Notes under the pieces: generated by a model
Database searches by the model: none
The model's input: only the letters and a program-made list of their open reading frames with translations
What the model was told of the DNA's origin: nothing
In this document: piece by piece, positions 1-14,001 of the stretch
Layout: each line of letters opens with the position of its first letter
Position numbering within the stretch: position 1 is the stretch's first letter
Source: Dictyostelium discoideum
Taxonomy: Eukaryota
DNA length: 64,000 bases
NCBI GenBank assembly: GCA_000004695.1
Contig: CM000151.3
Location: forward strand, 8,000,001 to 8,064,000
Direction of reading: 5' to 3'
Program-made: the position numbers and the translations under genes

Positions 1-58
1 ATATTTAAAAGTTATATAACCAAACATAATATTCTAACTTTTTTTTTTTTTTTAAAAA

Positions 59-60
<2 letters not shown>

Positions 61-109
<49 letters not shown>
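61..109. promoter_or_regulatory. A49 homopolymer 45 bp upstream of a gene start (Dictyostelium-type oligo(dA/dT) promoter-proximal tract)
   Basis: Direct reading. Similar A/T runs of 20-60 nt precede most ATGs in the window (19761-19781, 27641-27679, 43589-43660, 7068-7125/7141-7176 between convergent or divergent genes). Confidence 0.35.
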
Positions 110-110
<1 letters not shown>

Positions 111-154
111 TAGTATCAGTAAAATGGTCATTAAGATTCGAATTTGTTACACCA

Positions 155-376
155 ATGAAATCATCATATACACCTTATCAACCAATTCAATCTACAACCA
201 ATACAAATAATAATATTAATAATAATAATAATATGGTATCAAATAGATCTAATAGTAGTAATAATTTACCAATTTTAATAACTCCACCAAATACACCATC
301 ATCATTATCAAATACACCAACATCAGTATCACCAATAAAATCATCTACAAATAATTTAGAACCACATATTAATAAA

Positions 377-413
<37 letters not shown>

Positions 414-646
414 GTAATCACTCTAGAAATAATAGTGTTGAGAATTTAAATCATCAACAACATTTACAAGAATTACAACAACAAAAACAACAACAAAGGG
501 ATCATATAAATAGAGATTATGATGATGATGATAATCAAAGTAGTAGTCATTCTGAAAATGCAATTGTAAATGATGATACTTTAAGTAATAGTAGTAGTAA
601 TTTTTCATCTTCAACAAATAATAGTAAATTAAATACAACCCAAACA

Positions 647-677
<31 letters not shown>

Positions 678-718
678 CCAATAGCAATAATAATAATAAT
701 AATACCAATACCAATAGC

Positions 719-788
<70 letters not shown>

Positions 789-1018
789 TTAATAATAATA
801 ATAATCAAAATAATAAAAATAATAATAATCAAAATCAACAAACTTCATTAATTGCAAAGAAAAAGAAATTATTCCCACACCCAAATATTGGTGTCTTAAG
901 AGATGATGGTTCAGTACCAATAGTTGATACTTTACATTGGAGTTTACCAATTAGAGTTTTAGTTGGATTCCCACCTCATGAATTATTACATACAAATAAA
1001 AATGAATTAATTCTTTAA
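155..1018 (+). CDS. hypothetical Asn/Ser-rich low-complexity protein (287 aa)
   Basis: Continuous ORF from the ATG at 155, preceded by an A49 run at 61-109. Long (AAT)n tracts encode poly-N. Ends in non-repetitive sequence, LFPHPNIGVLRDDGSVPIVDTLHWSLPIRVLVGFPPHELLHTNKNELIL. No recognisable domain. Confidence 0.4.
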
Positions 1019-1156
1019 AAAAAAAAATAATAATAATTTATGTATATGTGTTTGTTTTTATTTTTTTTTAATTTTTTTTTTTTTTTTAATTTTTTTTTTT
1101 TTTTTTTTTTTTTATTATTTTATTATTATTATTATTATTATTTTAATTTTTCAAAT

Positions 1157-3005
1157 TTATTCTTGACCTTCTGGAACTGAAGAACCTCTCATACCTTTAC
1201 CAGCTTTAATAATTTCATCGATGAGGAGTAATTGAGAAGCGATAACAGGTGAAGAACGATAAACTTGTTTTAATACAGAATATTGATCGAAAATACCTTC
1301 ACTTACTGGATCCATTGGTTCACCTGATTCAACATCTAAACCGACGATATGACCCTTGGCGTATTCCTCTTGTAATTTAATGATGGTATCCATTGGATCG
1401 AAACCAGAGTTTTGAGCCAAAGTTTTTGGAACTACCAAAAGAGCATCGGCGAATGCTTGAATACCCAATTTGGTACGACCAGTGATAGTTTCTTTGAATT
1501 TCATTAAATCAGCATAAGCGGCGATTTGGAAAGCACCACCACCTGGTACAACACATTTATCTTCGATTGTGTTCTTAACGGCACGTAAACCGTCACGAAG
1601 GGCGTCTTTAATTTGTTCGATTTGATGCTTGGTTGGACCTTTAATTAAAACGGTACAAGAGAATGGATTCTTTACACCCTCAACAAATGTATATTTCTCT
1701 TCACCCAAGGTTTGTTCATAAACTAAATCTGCATGACCTAAACAATCTGGTGTTAAATCTTCCAATGAATTCATTGCTGTACCACCACATGCCAATGTTA
1801 AACGCTCCATATTTCTACGTTTGGCACGACGTAAACCCATTATACCTGCTTTTGCTAACATATCCAAACAAATTGGATCAATACCTTTTTGATTGATAAC
1901 AACGAAATTCTTATCTGGTGTATCACAAACATGATTCTTTAACTCTATAATTTGTCTACATTTTGCTGCAACTAATTTATGTTCACCATCAATCATTCTT
2001 GATCTAGTTTCATGATCTTTATATAAAAAGTTTGCATTAACTTCACTTTTTTTTTTTAAAAAAAAAAATAAAAAGTATTAGTAATGTTTATGTAGTATGT
2101 ATGTGTGTGTTTTTAATATTAATAATTGATTAAATATAAATATGTATAACATACGTTTTTTCATATTCTAAAGAAACATTACAAGTTAAAATGAAACAAT
2201 TTGTTAATTTCTTTGGCATATCAGGATGACGTGTACCATGATCTAAAACCAAACCTTTGATTAATGAACAATGACCATCGGTTCTATGTTGCATAGTCAT
2301 AATTTCAACCATGAATAAATCTAATGGTTGTTCAGGTTTATGAATTAATAAGAGAGCATCAACGACTTGTTCAGTTAATTGATCAGCTAAATCTGCTGGT
2401 AATTTAGTTCTTAATGATGTTTTTGCAATTGAAATCAATAATTCTCTATCCAATGTATCTTGTGAGGTTTGTTTGAATTCCTCTAAAAATGCTAAACAAC
2501 GATCTTTTGCTAATTCAAAACCTTCTGCAATAATTCTTGGATGAATATTCTCTTGTAAATAACGTTCTGATTGTTTTAATAATTCACCAATTGTAATAAC
2601 ATTAGTTGTTGTACCATCACCAGTAATATCATCTTGTGCTGTTGCTGTACGTGCAATTAATGCTGCTGTTGGATGTTGAATTTGCTTTTTTTTAAAAAAA
2701 AAAAATAAAAAAATAAAAATAATAAATAAATAAATAATATTAATATTAAATTTTTTTTTTTTTTTTTTTTTTTTTTTATATATTAAATTTTTAAAATAAC
2801 ATACCATTTCATGTAATAAAACTTTACCATCTTTAGTTAATTTAATATCACCACCACCACCAACTAACATTTTGAGTGTACCTCTTGGTCCTAAATTGGT
2901 TTTTAAGACATTTTGTAAACCTTTACCTGCTGAAATATTGAGCAACAATGCTTGACCTCTTCTAGAGTCTGCTGCTGCTCCTTGTTGTTTAATCATACTC
3001 AACAT
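1157..3005 (-). CDS. cct6: T-complex protein 1 subunit zeta (CCT6 chaperonin); join(3005..2805,2694..2155,2045..1157)
   Basis: The translation aligns along its full length with CCT-zeta: [45 protein letters not shown] | [26 protein letters not shown] ... [13 protein letters not shown] | [28 protein letters not shown] ... [11 protein letters not shown]. Intron 1 (2804..2695) runs gtat...ag. Intron 2 (2154..2046) runs gtatgt...ag and is phase 2. Total about 542 aa. Confidence 0.9.
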
Positions 3006-3420
3006 TTTCGTATATTTCTTTCTTTAGTTTATTGATTTAAACTTTAATACAAACAAATTGGTTCTGTTTTGTTTTTTAGAATTAAAGAAAAAGATCCAAA
3101 TAGTTTGGTTTTTTTTTTTTTTTTTTTTAAAAATAAATTTTCGCTCTCTTTGAAAAAAAAAATTGAAAAAAAAAAAAAAAAAAAAAATTTTGAAAAAATG
3201 GCCAAAAAATAAAAAAAAAAAAAAAAAATGAAAATTTTATTACTTTGAATTTCATTGCCCTTCCAAACATGGGTGAAAAAAAAAAAAAATAAAAATAAAA
3301 ATAGGAAAAAATAATATAAAAAAAAATAAAAAAAGGAAAAAATAAGATACACAATAATATAAAAAAACTGTAGTTCAGATTACTTTTTTTTTACTATTTT
3401 TATTTATTATTTTTATTTAT

Positions 3421-3460
<40 letters not shown>

Positions 3461-4047
3461 TTTTTTTTTAAAAGAAAGTAATTGATATTTACAAGAATCA
3501 AAACTATTTTACATTAATTCAAAAAAGGGATATAAAAATTTTGCTTCGCTATATGTAGTCTCAACCTAATTTAAATATTTTCATATCTCAAAAATTTGGT
3601 AGTAAAAAAAAAAAAAAAAAAAACCCACCTAATTGATAAAAAAGTAAAAAAAAAAATAAATAAACTAATAAATAACTTTACACCAAAATCTCTTTTCAAA
3701 TTATAAGAATCCCCTTAAATCAAAAATGTAATATATACACCAAATCCATCAACCACACTAAAACACAAACCACAAAAAAAAAAGTTTTACTTGGGGTTTT
3801 GGCACGTGACTTTTGTCAATAAAGGAAAATTAAAATAAAATATTTTGATTTTTTACCACTAAAATTTTTATATATTTGTATTTTTTTGAGAAAAGAAAAA
3901 AAAAAAAAAATTGATTAGAAAAAATAAAAAAAAAAAGTGTGTGTTTGTGTGTGGTTTAAATCACACATTGAAATTTACATATCACAAAATAAAAAGATAT
4001 TTCTTGTTGTTACTTGATTGGTTTTAATCAATAAATTTTTTTTTTTT

Positions 4048-4083
<36 letters not shown>

Positions 4084-4628
4084 GAACTTTAAATTCATTT
4101 TATTATAATTGCGATATGGTTAGTATTTAAATTTTATCGAATGTTTTTAATAAAAAAATTTTATGTGTATGTTTTCTTTTTTTTATTTTTTTTTTTTTGG
4201 CAGTTTTTGTGGAAAATTAAATCTCAAAAATAGAGATTAGTTTTTTTTTTTTTTTTCAAATTCTCGACATTAAAATTATAATATATTCAGTTTTATTTTG
4301 TGAATCTAAAGGGGTCATTTTACAAATTTTAAAAGCTCATATTATATATGGTTTTGGTTCTATAAGTTTTTTAAAGCCACGCACCAAAATGTATAATAAT
4401 CAATCAATCAAGCAATGATATTAATTTTATTGTTGGGTTTTTTTGTTCTCTTTGTGTGGGATTGTGTGCTTGATTGATGTGGTGGAATAATAATCAATAC
4501 TTTCACCCACTCACCTTTTTTTTTTATGAATATCATAATTTTTTTTTTTTTTTTTTTTCACAAAAAAATTAATTCTTCATCATAAAAAAGGTGTGGTTTT
4601 ACACTCAAAAAAGATAGAGGCCATTTTA

Positions 4629-4660
<32 letters not shown>

Positions 4661-4927
4661 CTTGATATTATTAAAATAATATAATTTTAAAATAAAAAAA
4701 TTTAAAATAAAAAAAACAAAATAAAAAATAAAAAATAAAAAAATAAAATTCACCATCACTAAATAATCTCTTTCTTTTAAAACTTTATCTTTTTTTTTTT
4801 TTTTTATTTTAATTTTTGGGATTACCCTCTTTTCTCTAATATCAACTTTAACATAATCCCTTTTCTTTTTTTAAATAAATAATATTTTTATTTTTAATTT
4901 TTTTTTTTTTAAAAATAAATTAAAAAT

Positions 4928-4959
<32 letters not shown>

Positions 4960-5049
4960 CCTTAAATCTTATTTTTTTTTTTTTTTTTTTTTCTTTTCTT
5001 TTCTTTTCTTTTTCATCCAAATTTAAATATTACTTATTTTTTTTAAAGA

Positions 5050-5415
5050 ATGTCACAAATTACAAATTTTATTAATAACCAATCAAATGATAATAATAAT
5101 AATAATAATAACAATAATATTAATACCAATAATAAAAGTGGAAATCTTTTATCCTTATCGAAGGAATCATCAATTTTGTTAATTATTCATTCAACTTCAT
5201 CTCCTGTAAATTATTTATCCCAAATAAATAATTCAAATAATTCAAATAATTCAAATAATTCAAACAATTCAAATAATTCTAATAATTTTAATAATAATAG
5301 TAATAATAATAATATTAATAATAATAATATAAATAATAACTATAATGCGAATAATAATAATAATAATATAAACAATAGTAATAGTAATAACAATATAAAT
5401 AATAATAACAACAAT

Positions 5416-5487
<72 letters not shown>

Positions 5488-5776
5488 TATAATAATATAA
5501 ACAACAATCAACAAAATAATCAATTACAACAACAAAAAATTAATAATACGAGTAGTGATAATATAAGTAATTTGATAACATCATTAAGTAATAATATAAA
5601 TAATTCAAATAATAAATATAATGGATCAACACCACCTTTTTCATCACCAAAATTAAATTCAACCAATACAACACCAAACTCAACACCTCCAAGTTTATCT
5701 TCATCACCATTAAACACATCAACCAATAGCCTTCAATTGCTATCAACAATGAGTCAACAGATTCAACAACAAATTC

Positions 5777-5817
<41 letters not shown>

Positions 5818-6684
5818 ACTCAACAACAACAACAAACTCAACCAAAATTACCAATTAATAATAATAATATTGATACATTAAAAACAAATCAATGTAAAAT
5901 TACAGATTGTATTGTTTGTGAAAATGGACCACCACCAAGTTTTGAAAAAGGTCAAGTACCAATTTGGGCACAAATTTTACATGTTGCATTATTTGCATTA
6001 ACAGAGTCATCAAAAATCACACAAAATAGATCACCAAATCAATTGGATGATAATTTAACACATGGAAAACGTTATTTTCATCTAAGAGATGATATATATG
6101 AATTTATAAATGTTCATTGGGATTTAATTTGTAAAAGAGAAAGAATTCAAAACTGGAAACATACAATTGGTATGACATTATCCCATTATCAAAATTTATT
6201 CCAAAATGGTTATCCAATCTTTCAAAACACTGGTTATTGGTGTTTGAAAGATGATGCTCCAAATCCATACACTTCTGATTTTATGGATAATTCAAGAAAA
6301 AGAAAATATTCTACAAAATTATCAAAAAAAAATAAACAATTACAACAACAACAATTACAACAACAACAACAACAACAATCACTACAACAATTAAATAATA
6401 GTAGTAGTAGTAGTAGTAGTGATGAAGATGAACTACAACAACTACAACAACTACAACAACAACCTAATAAAAGGTTAAATTCCTCACCTTCTTATGGCTC
6501 ACCATTAATACATGGAATGGAATCATTATTAAATTCAAACTCCTCATCACCATTAAGGTCTTTAACACCAAATCTAAGCTCATGTGGTTCACCACTTCAA
6601 TTGGCAATTACAAATAATAATCATAACAATGTAAATTATAATAATACTCTTAATAATAATAATAATAGTAATAATAATAGTAAC

Positions 6685-6745
<61 letters not shown>

Positions 6746-7029
6746 GTAATAATAATGGTAATAATAATAATATTAATAATAATGGTAATAATAATAGTGG
6801 TGGTGGTGGTAGCAGTAATTTTAGTATTGGTGGTTTATTGTCAAATGATGAAAGCGATATCAATATTAATAGTAACAATAATAATAACAATACATATTAT
6901 GAAAAATTTAAATGTATGGAAAAGGAATTGGATGATTGCAAAAACGAAGTAAGAGAATTACAAGATGAAATTTGTTTATTGCAAAATGAATTAAAAAATA
7001 ATAATCAACAACAACAACAAATTGTTTGA
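5050..7029 (+). CDS. hypothetical N/Q-rich protein with central Cys/His-rich globular region and C-terminal coiled coil (659 aa)
   Basis: Continuous ORF. Non-repetitive core CKITDCIVCENGPPPSFEKGQVPIWAQILHVALFALTESSK...KRYFHLRDDIYEFINVHWDLICKRERIQNWKHTIGMTLSHYQNLFQNGYPIFQNTGYWCLKDD. C-terminal heptad-like EKFKCMEKELDDCKNEVRELQDEICLLQNELKNN. Flanked by (AAT)n and (CAA)n tracts. Confidence 0.55.
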
Positions 7030-7064
7030 AATTAATCATCATTTTCAAAATTTTGTATATATTG

Positions 7065-7130
<66 letters not shown>

Positions 7131-7134
7131 GTGA

Positions 7135-7175
<41 letters not shown>

Positions 7176-7539
7176 CCTCTTCCATTCTTTTATTTTATAT
7201 ATATATTTATTATGCATATTAAAAAAAAATAAAAAAATAAAAAAATAAATAAATAAAAAAAACAAAAAAAAAAAAAAAAAAAAATGTAAAATAAAAAACC
7301 AGAAGAATTTTTAAAACTTAAAGGTTGGTTTTATTTATTTTTTATTTTTATTTTATTTTTTATTTATTCATTAATTTATTTATTTATTTAATTTTTTATT
7401 TTTATTTTTTTTAATATTTATTTATTTTTAATGAACCAATAAATTGAACTGAAAATATTCATCAAATTTTTTTTTTTAAAAAAAAAAAGTGGATTTTTAA
7501 ATCTAGGTTTCTATTATCCCAAAAAAAATAACCATTTAT

Positions 7540-7575
<36 letters not shown>

Positions 7576-7719
7576 TTTTTTTTATTATTATTATTTATTT
7601 ATTTATTACTATCATTATTTTTTTTTTTTTTTTAATTTCTTTTTTTTTTCTTTTTCTGATTTCTTTTTTCGCAAAAACAATAATAAAAATTAAAAAAAAA
7701 AAAAATTTAAAAAAAAAAA

Positions 7720-7759
<40 letters not shown>

Positions 7760-8206
7760 TAAAATTAAATAAATAGTAATATAATAATAAATTATATATT
7801 AAACCAGATTAATAAGAATTCATCCCTAAAAAAGAAAAAATAAAAATAAAAAAAAATAAAAATAAAAAAAAAAATAACAGACAATAAATTAAACAAAAAA
7901 AATTAAAAAAAGATTACCAGTGTAAAAAAAAACGAACATTTTTAAAAAAAAAAAAAAAAAAAATTTATTTAGTGAAAAAAAGAAATTAATTTTTATTTTC
8001 CAAAGCAATAGTCTGTTTAACCAGGCAAATTTTTTTTGATTTTTTTTTTTTTTTTTTTTTTAATTTTTTTTTTTTTTTTTTAAAAAAGTGAAATTTTTTT
8101 TTTTTTTTTATATTTTTTTTTTTTTTAATTTTTTGTTAAATTTAAATTATTTAGTTTTTTTTTTTTTTTTTCTTATATCTTTTTTCATATATATAAATAA
8201 ATTAAA

Positions 8207-10029
8207 ATGGTTGGATTTGAAGATCATATCGCAGCTATCACAAGAAACTATCAAGTTAACCCACGTTTAGATTATAGAACTGTTACAGCAGTAAATGGTC
8301 CACTCGTTATTTTAGATAATATCAGAGGTCCAAAATTCTCTGAAATTGTAACTTTAACTTTAGGTGATGGTACTCAAAGAAAAGGTCAAGTTTTGGAAAT
8401 CCAAGGTAAAAGAGCTGTTGTACAAGTATGTATTTAATTAATTTTAAAAAAAAAAAATAATAATATAATTTTTTTAAAAAAAAAAAAAAAAAAACCACAG
8501 ATTTTTTTATTTTTTTTAAATTTTACTTTTTACTTCTTTCTTATTTTTCATTTTATTATTTTTTATTTTTAATTTTAATGAATTAATTTACTAATAAATT
8601 TTTTTTTTTTTTTTTTTTTTTATTTTTTAAAAAAAAAATCAAAAAGGTTTTCGAAGGTACAATTGGTATTGATGCCAAACACACTCGTTGTGAATTCTCT
8701 GGTGATATTTTAAAGATGCCAGTATCAGAAGATTCATTAGGTCGTATTTTCAATGGTTCAGGTAAACCAGTTGATAAAGGTCCAAATGTTTTAGCTGAAG
8801 AATACTTAGATATTCAAGGTCAACCAATCAATCCATCAGTTAGAGTTTACCCACAAGAAATGATTCAAACTGGTATCTCTGCTATTGATACTATGAATTC
8901 AATTGCTCGTGGTCAAAAGATTCCAATTTTCTCTGCTGCAGGTTTACCACACAATGAAGTAAGTATAATAAAAATTATATACACAATCATACATGCATAT
9001 ATATAAAATCGCAAATAATAAAAATTAATTTATTAATTTAATTTTTATTTATTTATTTTTTTTTTTTTTTAATAATAGATTGCCGCTCAAATTTGTCGTC
9101 AAGCTGGTTTAGTTAAAAAATCAGGTAAAGGTGTTATTGATGATCATGAAGATAATTTTGCTATTGTATTCGCAGCTATGGGTGTTAATATGGAAACTGC
9201 ATCATTTTTCAAACGTGATTTCGAAGAATCAGGTTCTATGGATAGAACTGCTCTCTTCCTTAATTTAGCAGATCATCCAACCATCGAACGTATTATTACT
9301 CCACGTCTTGCATTGACCACCGCCGAATATCTTGCATATCAATGTGAAAAACACGTTTTAGTTCTTTTAACCGATATGTCTTCATATGCTGATGCTCTTC
9401 GTGAGGTATCTGCTGCTCGTGAAGAAGTACCAGGTCGTCGTGGTTATCCAGGTTATATGTATACAGATCTTTCAACCATTTACGAACGTGCTGGTCGTAT
9501 TCAAGGTCGTAATGGTTCTATCACTCAAATTCCAATTTTGACTATGCCAAATGATGATATTACCCATCCAATTCCAGATTTAACTGGTTACATTACTGAA
9601 GGTCAAATTTTCATTGATCGTCAAATCAATAACAGACAAATCTACCCACCAATCAATGTATTACCATCACTTTCTCGTCTTATGAAATCCGCCATTGGTG
9701 ACGACATGACCCGTGGCGATCACTCTGAAGTCTCAAATCAAATGTATGCCAACTATGCCATCGGTAAAGATGTCCAAGCTATGAAAGCTGTCGTTGGTGA
9801 GGAAGCACTTTCTTCTGAAGATAAACTCTACTTAGAATTTTTAGAACGTTTCGAATCTAGCTTTGTCGGTCAAAACCATTATGAAAATCGTGATATCTTT
9901 AATTCATTGGATCTTGGTTGGTCTTTATTAAGAACTTTCCCAAGCAATCTCCTCAAACGTATCACTGAAAAAACTATTAAACAATACTATTCACGTTCAT
10001 CAAAGGGTACTGTAGATTCAACTAACTAA
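8207..10029 (+). CDS. vatB: V-type proton ATPase subunit B; join(8207..8425,8647..8958,9079..10029)
   Basis: Unmistakable V-ATPase B sequence: ...RAVVQV | [45 protein letters not shown]...AAGLPHNE | [12 protein letters not shown]...[57 protein letters not shown]...[12 protein letters not shown]. Donors are gtatgt at 8426 and gtaagt at 8959. Acceptors are ...aaaaag at 8645-8646 and ...aataatag at 9077-9078. Total 493 aa. C-ending codon bias typical of a highly expressed gene. Confidence 0.92.
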
Positions 10030-10616
10030 ATTTTAAAAAGAAAAAAATATAAATCAAAAAAAAAAAAATAAAATAAAATCTAAAAATAAAATAAAATAAA
10101 AAAAAATTTTAAAAATAAAACTTTTAAAAAAAAAAAAAAAAAAAAATTAAAATTGTAAATCATCATTTTTAAAATAAATCTTTTAATATTTGAGTTTTTA
10201 CATCACTTTTTTTTAAAAAAATCTATTTTATTTTTTTAAATTAAATTCTTTGTCACCATTATAGATTTTAAATTTACTAATAATAAATTTTTTTTTTTTT
10301 TTTCTTAAAATAAAATTCAATAATTGAATAAAAAAAATAAAAAAATAAAAGAGAATTTGTAAAAAATAATAATAGAAAAAAAAAAATTAAAAATAAACAG
10401 TATTTAAATCTTTTTATTTATAAAATAAAAAATTAAAATAATCCCAAAACAATTTTGGAATTTGACAAAAAAAAAAAAAAATTGCCAACCCACCAAAAAA
10501 AAATGAGACACCCAAAAAAATTGCCAACCACCCAAAAAAAAAAAAAAAAATAGAAATAAAAGAACAAGGAGGTTTAGAAATTTTTTATACATAAAAAAAA
10601 GTAAATTTATTATTAT

Positions 10617-12183
10617 CTACAAAGCCATATTTTTTATTCCACCTTCAATTTGAGAAGCAGTACAAATTTGTTTGGTAAAGAAATTTTGGTGTTTATGTTG
10701 GTGTTGATATTGTAATTGTTCTTGTTGTAGCTGAAATTGCATTTTTTGAATTTTAAATTGTTCGAGTTGGATTTGATATTCTTTCTCTGATTCATCAAAT
10801 TCATTATTATTATTATCATTATTATTATTATGTTGTTCTAAATATTGTTGTTTTTGTTGATGTAACATTTGTTGTTTTTCTTGTTGTTGTTGAGGTTGTT
10901 GTTTCAATTCTATAAAATTTGGTTGTTGCATTTTTTGTTGTAATTGGTTTTGTCTTAATTTTTGTTTTTCTTTTTGAATGATTAAAACTTTTTCTTTTTC
11001 AGCCAATAAATTTTTTAAGGTTTCAATTTCATTTTCAAAGTCATCAATTTCTATGACACCATATTTAATCAATGGATGTTCTAATAATTGTTCAGCAGAA
11101 GGTCTTACGGAAGGATCAGGATGAATCATTGATTTAATTAATTGCCAAAATTCTGTTGAGAAATCATTCTTATTATCATCGTATATTGAATCTTCCTTTT
11201 CAAATGATAGTATACCATTTCTAATTGAGTCCCATTCCATGCCAGACTTTGGTAATGGTTTACATCTTGCCAATTCATATAAGGTACAACCCAATGAAAA
11301 GATATCACTTTTTTTCAAAGCAGACATATCGTCGTGTAATAATTCTCTTGATAAGTATCTACTATCACCTTCTGAATAGATTTTTGTATTGGTTGCTTCA
11401 TTTAATAAACCCAAATCACCAATTTTAAATGTTATACTATTAAAATTAATTTTATTACCATCAATTATTAAATAATTATTTTGATTATTATTATTTTGAT
11501 TATCTACATTATTATTATTATTATTATTACAATTGTTATTATTTACACTATTTGTTGTTGTTATAAAGTTATCAAGATCATTTTCAGTTGTTTTAATTTT
11601 ACTTTTGAAATAACTATCACTACCATTACTACTATTATTAATGGAGCAAGTATTGTTATTATTAGTGATGATTTGATTTTGATTACATTTATAAATTATA
11701 TATATATTTTCAGGTTTAATATCTAAATGAACTAAACCCAAAGAATGAATATAAACAATACCGGTAAGGATTTGTTTTGCCAATAAGAGTAAATTTGATT
11801 CGGATTGTTTAATATGTTCAGTTACCCATTTATAAATATTACCACCATTACAATGTTCCATTTGAATGAATATATGACTATCTTCTTCCCAAGCATTAAA
11901 ATATCTAACGATATTGGTATGATCTTTAATTGCAGATAAACCATAAACTTCCCTCAATACTATATCACGATCTTTTTGACCTTTTAATGGTTTTTTGGTT
12001 TTCTTTATTGCATATAGACATCCATCAATTCTATGTCTAACCTTATAAACATGACCAAAACTACCCTCACCAATTAAATCCAATTCTTGAAAAGTATGTT
12101 TATATAATGAAAATTTAGTTATTAAATTATTATCAATATTTTGTGAATTATTATTATTATTATTACAGGTATCGTCATTATTA

Positions 12184-12223
<40 letters not shown>

Positions 12224-12853
12224 CATTATTATTATTACTGGCATTATTATTATTGTTATTATTATTTACAAGTTGAAATGAAGGACATGGTTTATTCAAT
12301 GATTGCAATCTACCCTCTTCTGTAAAAGGATTAACATTTGCAATTAGGGATGATATAGAATTTGGACCATTGTTATTGTTATTGTTATTATTTACATTAT
12401 TATTATTAGCATTATTATTATTGTTATTATTTACATTTGAAGTCATTGAAGTTGACCTTTTTCTATTTGTTCTTTCTTCAGCCAATCTTATAAAAACTGG
12501 TTCAAATTTTGGAGAGGAATAATTATTTCTTTTTAATGATGGTGTTGGAGGTGGTGATGGTGTTGGTGACATTGAGAAAGAGTTTTCATTGAATGCCCTT
12601 TGATCGGGTCTTACTCTTTTTACCTCTGTTGATGGAAAGGTATTTCCTTTGTTATAACTACCATTCGATAGGAATCTACTATGATTTCCAGTAATATTAT
12701 TTATATTATGTCCATTCATCATTGAACCATTTGCTGACCATGATACTGGTGATGTTGGTAATGATGATGAAAATATTTGATCCTCTTCATTATTATTATT
12801 ATTATTATAATTATTATTGATATTATTGATATTATTATTATTGATATTATTGA

Positions 12854-12893
<40 letters not shown>

Positions 12894-13018
12894 TAAATTA
12901 TTATATATTCTATTATTATTTATTGGTCTTATATTCATACTATTTGTTGAACTATTATTAATAAATGATAAAGGTGTAAATGATGGAACTTTAAATTCAT
13001 TTGTTTGTTGTGATTGTG

Positions 13019-13049
<31 letters not shown>

Positions 13050-13203
13050 AGAGGATGGAGATGAATATAAAATTGGACTTGAAGGAAACATATTTGTTTT
13101 AGTTGATGATAGAGATGCTGAAGCTGGATAAATTGGTTGGTCGTCATTATCATCATGAAATAGTCTTCTGCCTTTTCTTAAATGATGATGATGGCTATTA
13201 TTA

Positions 13204-13265
<62 letters not shown>

Positions 13266-13613
13266 GCTACCACTAATTGGTATACTATTACTATTATTTA
13301 AATGATGCACTATATTATTATTGGTATTATTATTATTATTGTTATTAGTTGGAGAAGAATCACAGTCACTTTGTGTTGGAGAGGATGATTGTTGTTGTTG
13401 TTGTTGTTTTTGATCTTCACAATTTGAAAGTTCACTTAAAAGTAGTGTATTGAATGAATTTTGTTGATCCTTTGATTCTTCATAAGATGACATATGTATA
13501 AACTCTCGATTTTGATCAAAATCATCATCATCGTCATCATCGTCATAAGAGAAAAGTGTGGTTCTTTTCTTGGTGATATATTTTTTTTTTTCTGATTGAG
13601 ATGGAAAATCCAT
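10617..13613 (-). CDS. Wee1/Myt1-family protein kinase with long low-complexity N-terminus and kinase-insert (998 aa)
   Basis: Kinase core LIGEGSFGHVYKVRHRIDGCLYAIKKTKKPLKGQKDRDIVLREVYGLSAIKDHTNIVRYFNAWEEDSHIFIQMEHCNGGNIY...HSLGLVHLDIKPENIYI...KIGDLGLL closely parallels Wee1 ([33 protein letters not shown]...LREVYAHAVLG...VVRYFSAWAEDDHMLIQNEYCNGGSL...HSMSLVHMDIKPSNIFI). An insert of about 100 aa of N-rich sequence lies between the catalytic loop and DLG. C-terminal Q-rich coiled coil. Confidence 0.8.
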
Positions 13614-13953
13614 TTTTCTCTCTATTTTTTTTATTTATTATTGTTGATTATTATTTTTATTTTTTTTTTTTTAAAAAAAAAAAAAACTTATATTAATTAT
13701 TTTATTTTATTTTATTTTATTTTTTTTATTTTTATTTTTTTTATTTTTATTTTTATTTTTTTTATTTTTATTTTTATTTTTATTTTTATTTTTAAAATTA
13801 ATAGGATTTTATTTTAATTTTTTATTAAAATAAAATTAAAAAACCCGAAAAAAAAAAAAAATTAAAAAAATTAAAAAATTTAAAAAAAAAAAAAAAAATT
13901 GTTAAAGTTGGAAGAAAAAAAATTTGATTATAACTTGTGTTTGAAGAAGAAAG

Positions 13954-14001
<48 letters not shown>

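Noticed and set aside
423-841. Minus-strand ORFs made of poly-I/poly-Y/poly-V (423..647, 629..841), and similar ORFs antisense to every N/Q-rich coding tract (5269..5523, 6636..6890, 12817..13050, 21075..21383, 21374..21646, 58137..58523, 58152..58376, 56721..57038 and others)
   Set aside because: They are the reverse-complement or frame-shifted readings of (AAT)n, (CAA)n and (GTT)n codon repeats in the real genes and have no independent coding signal.
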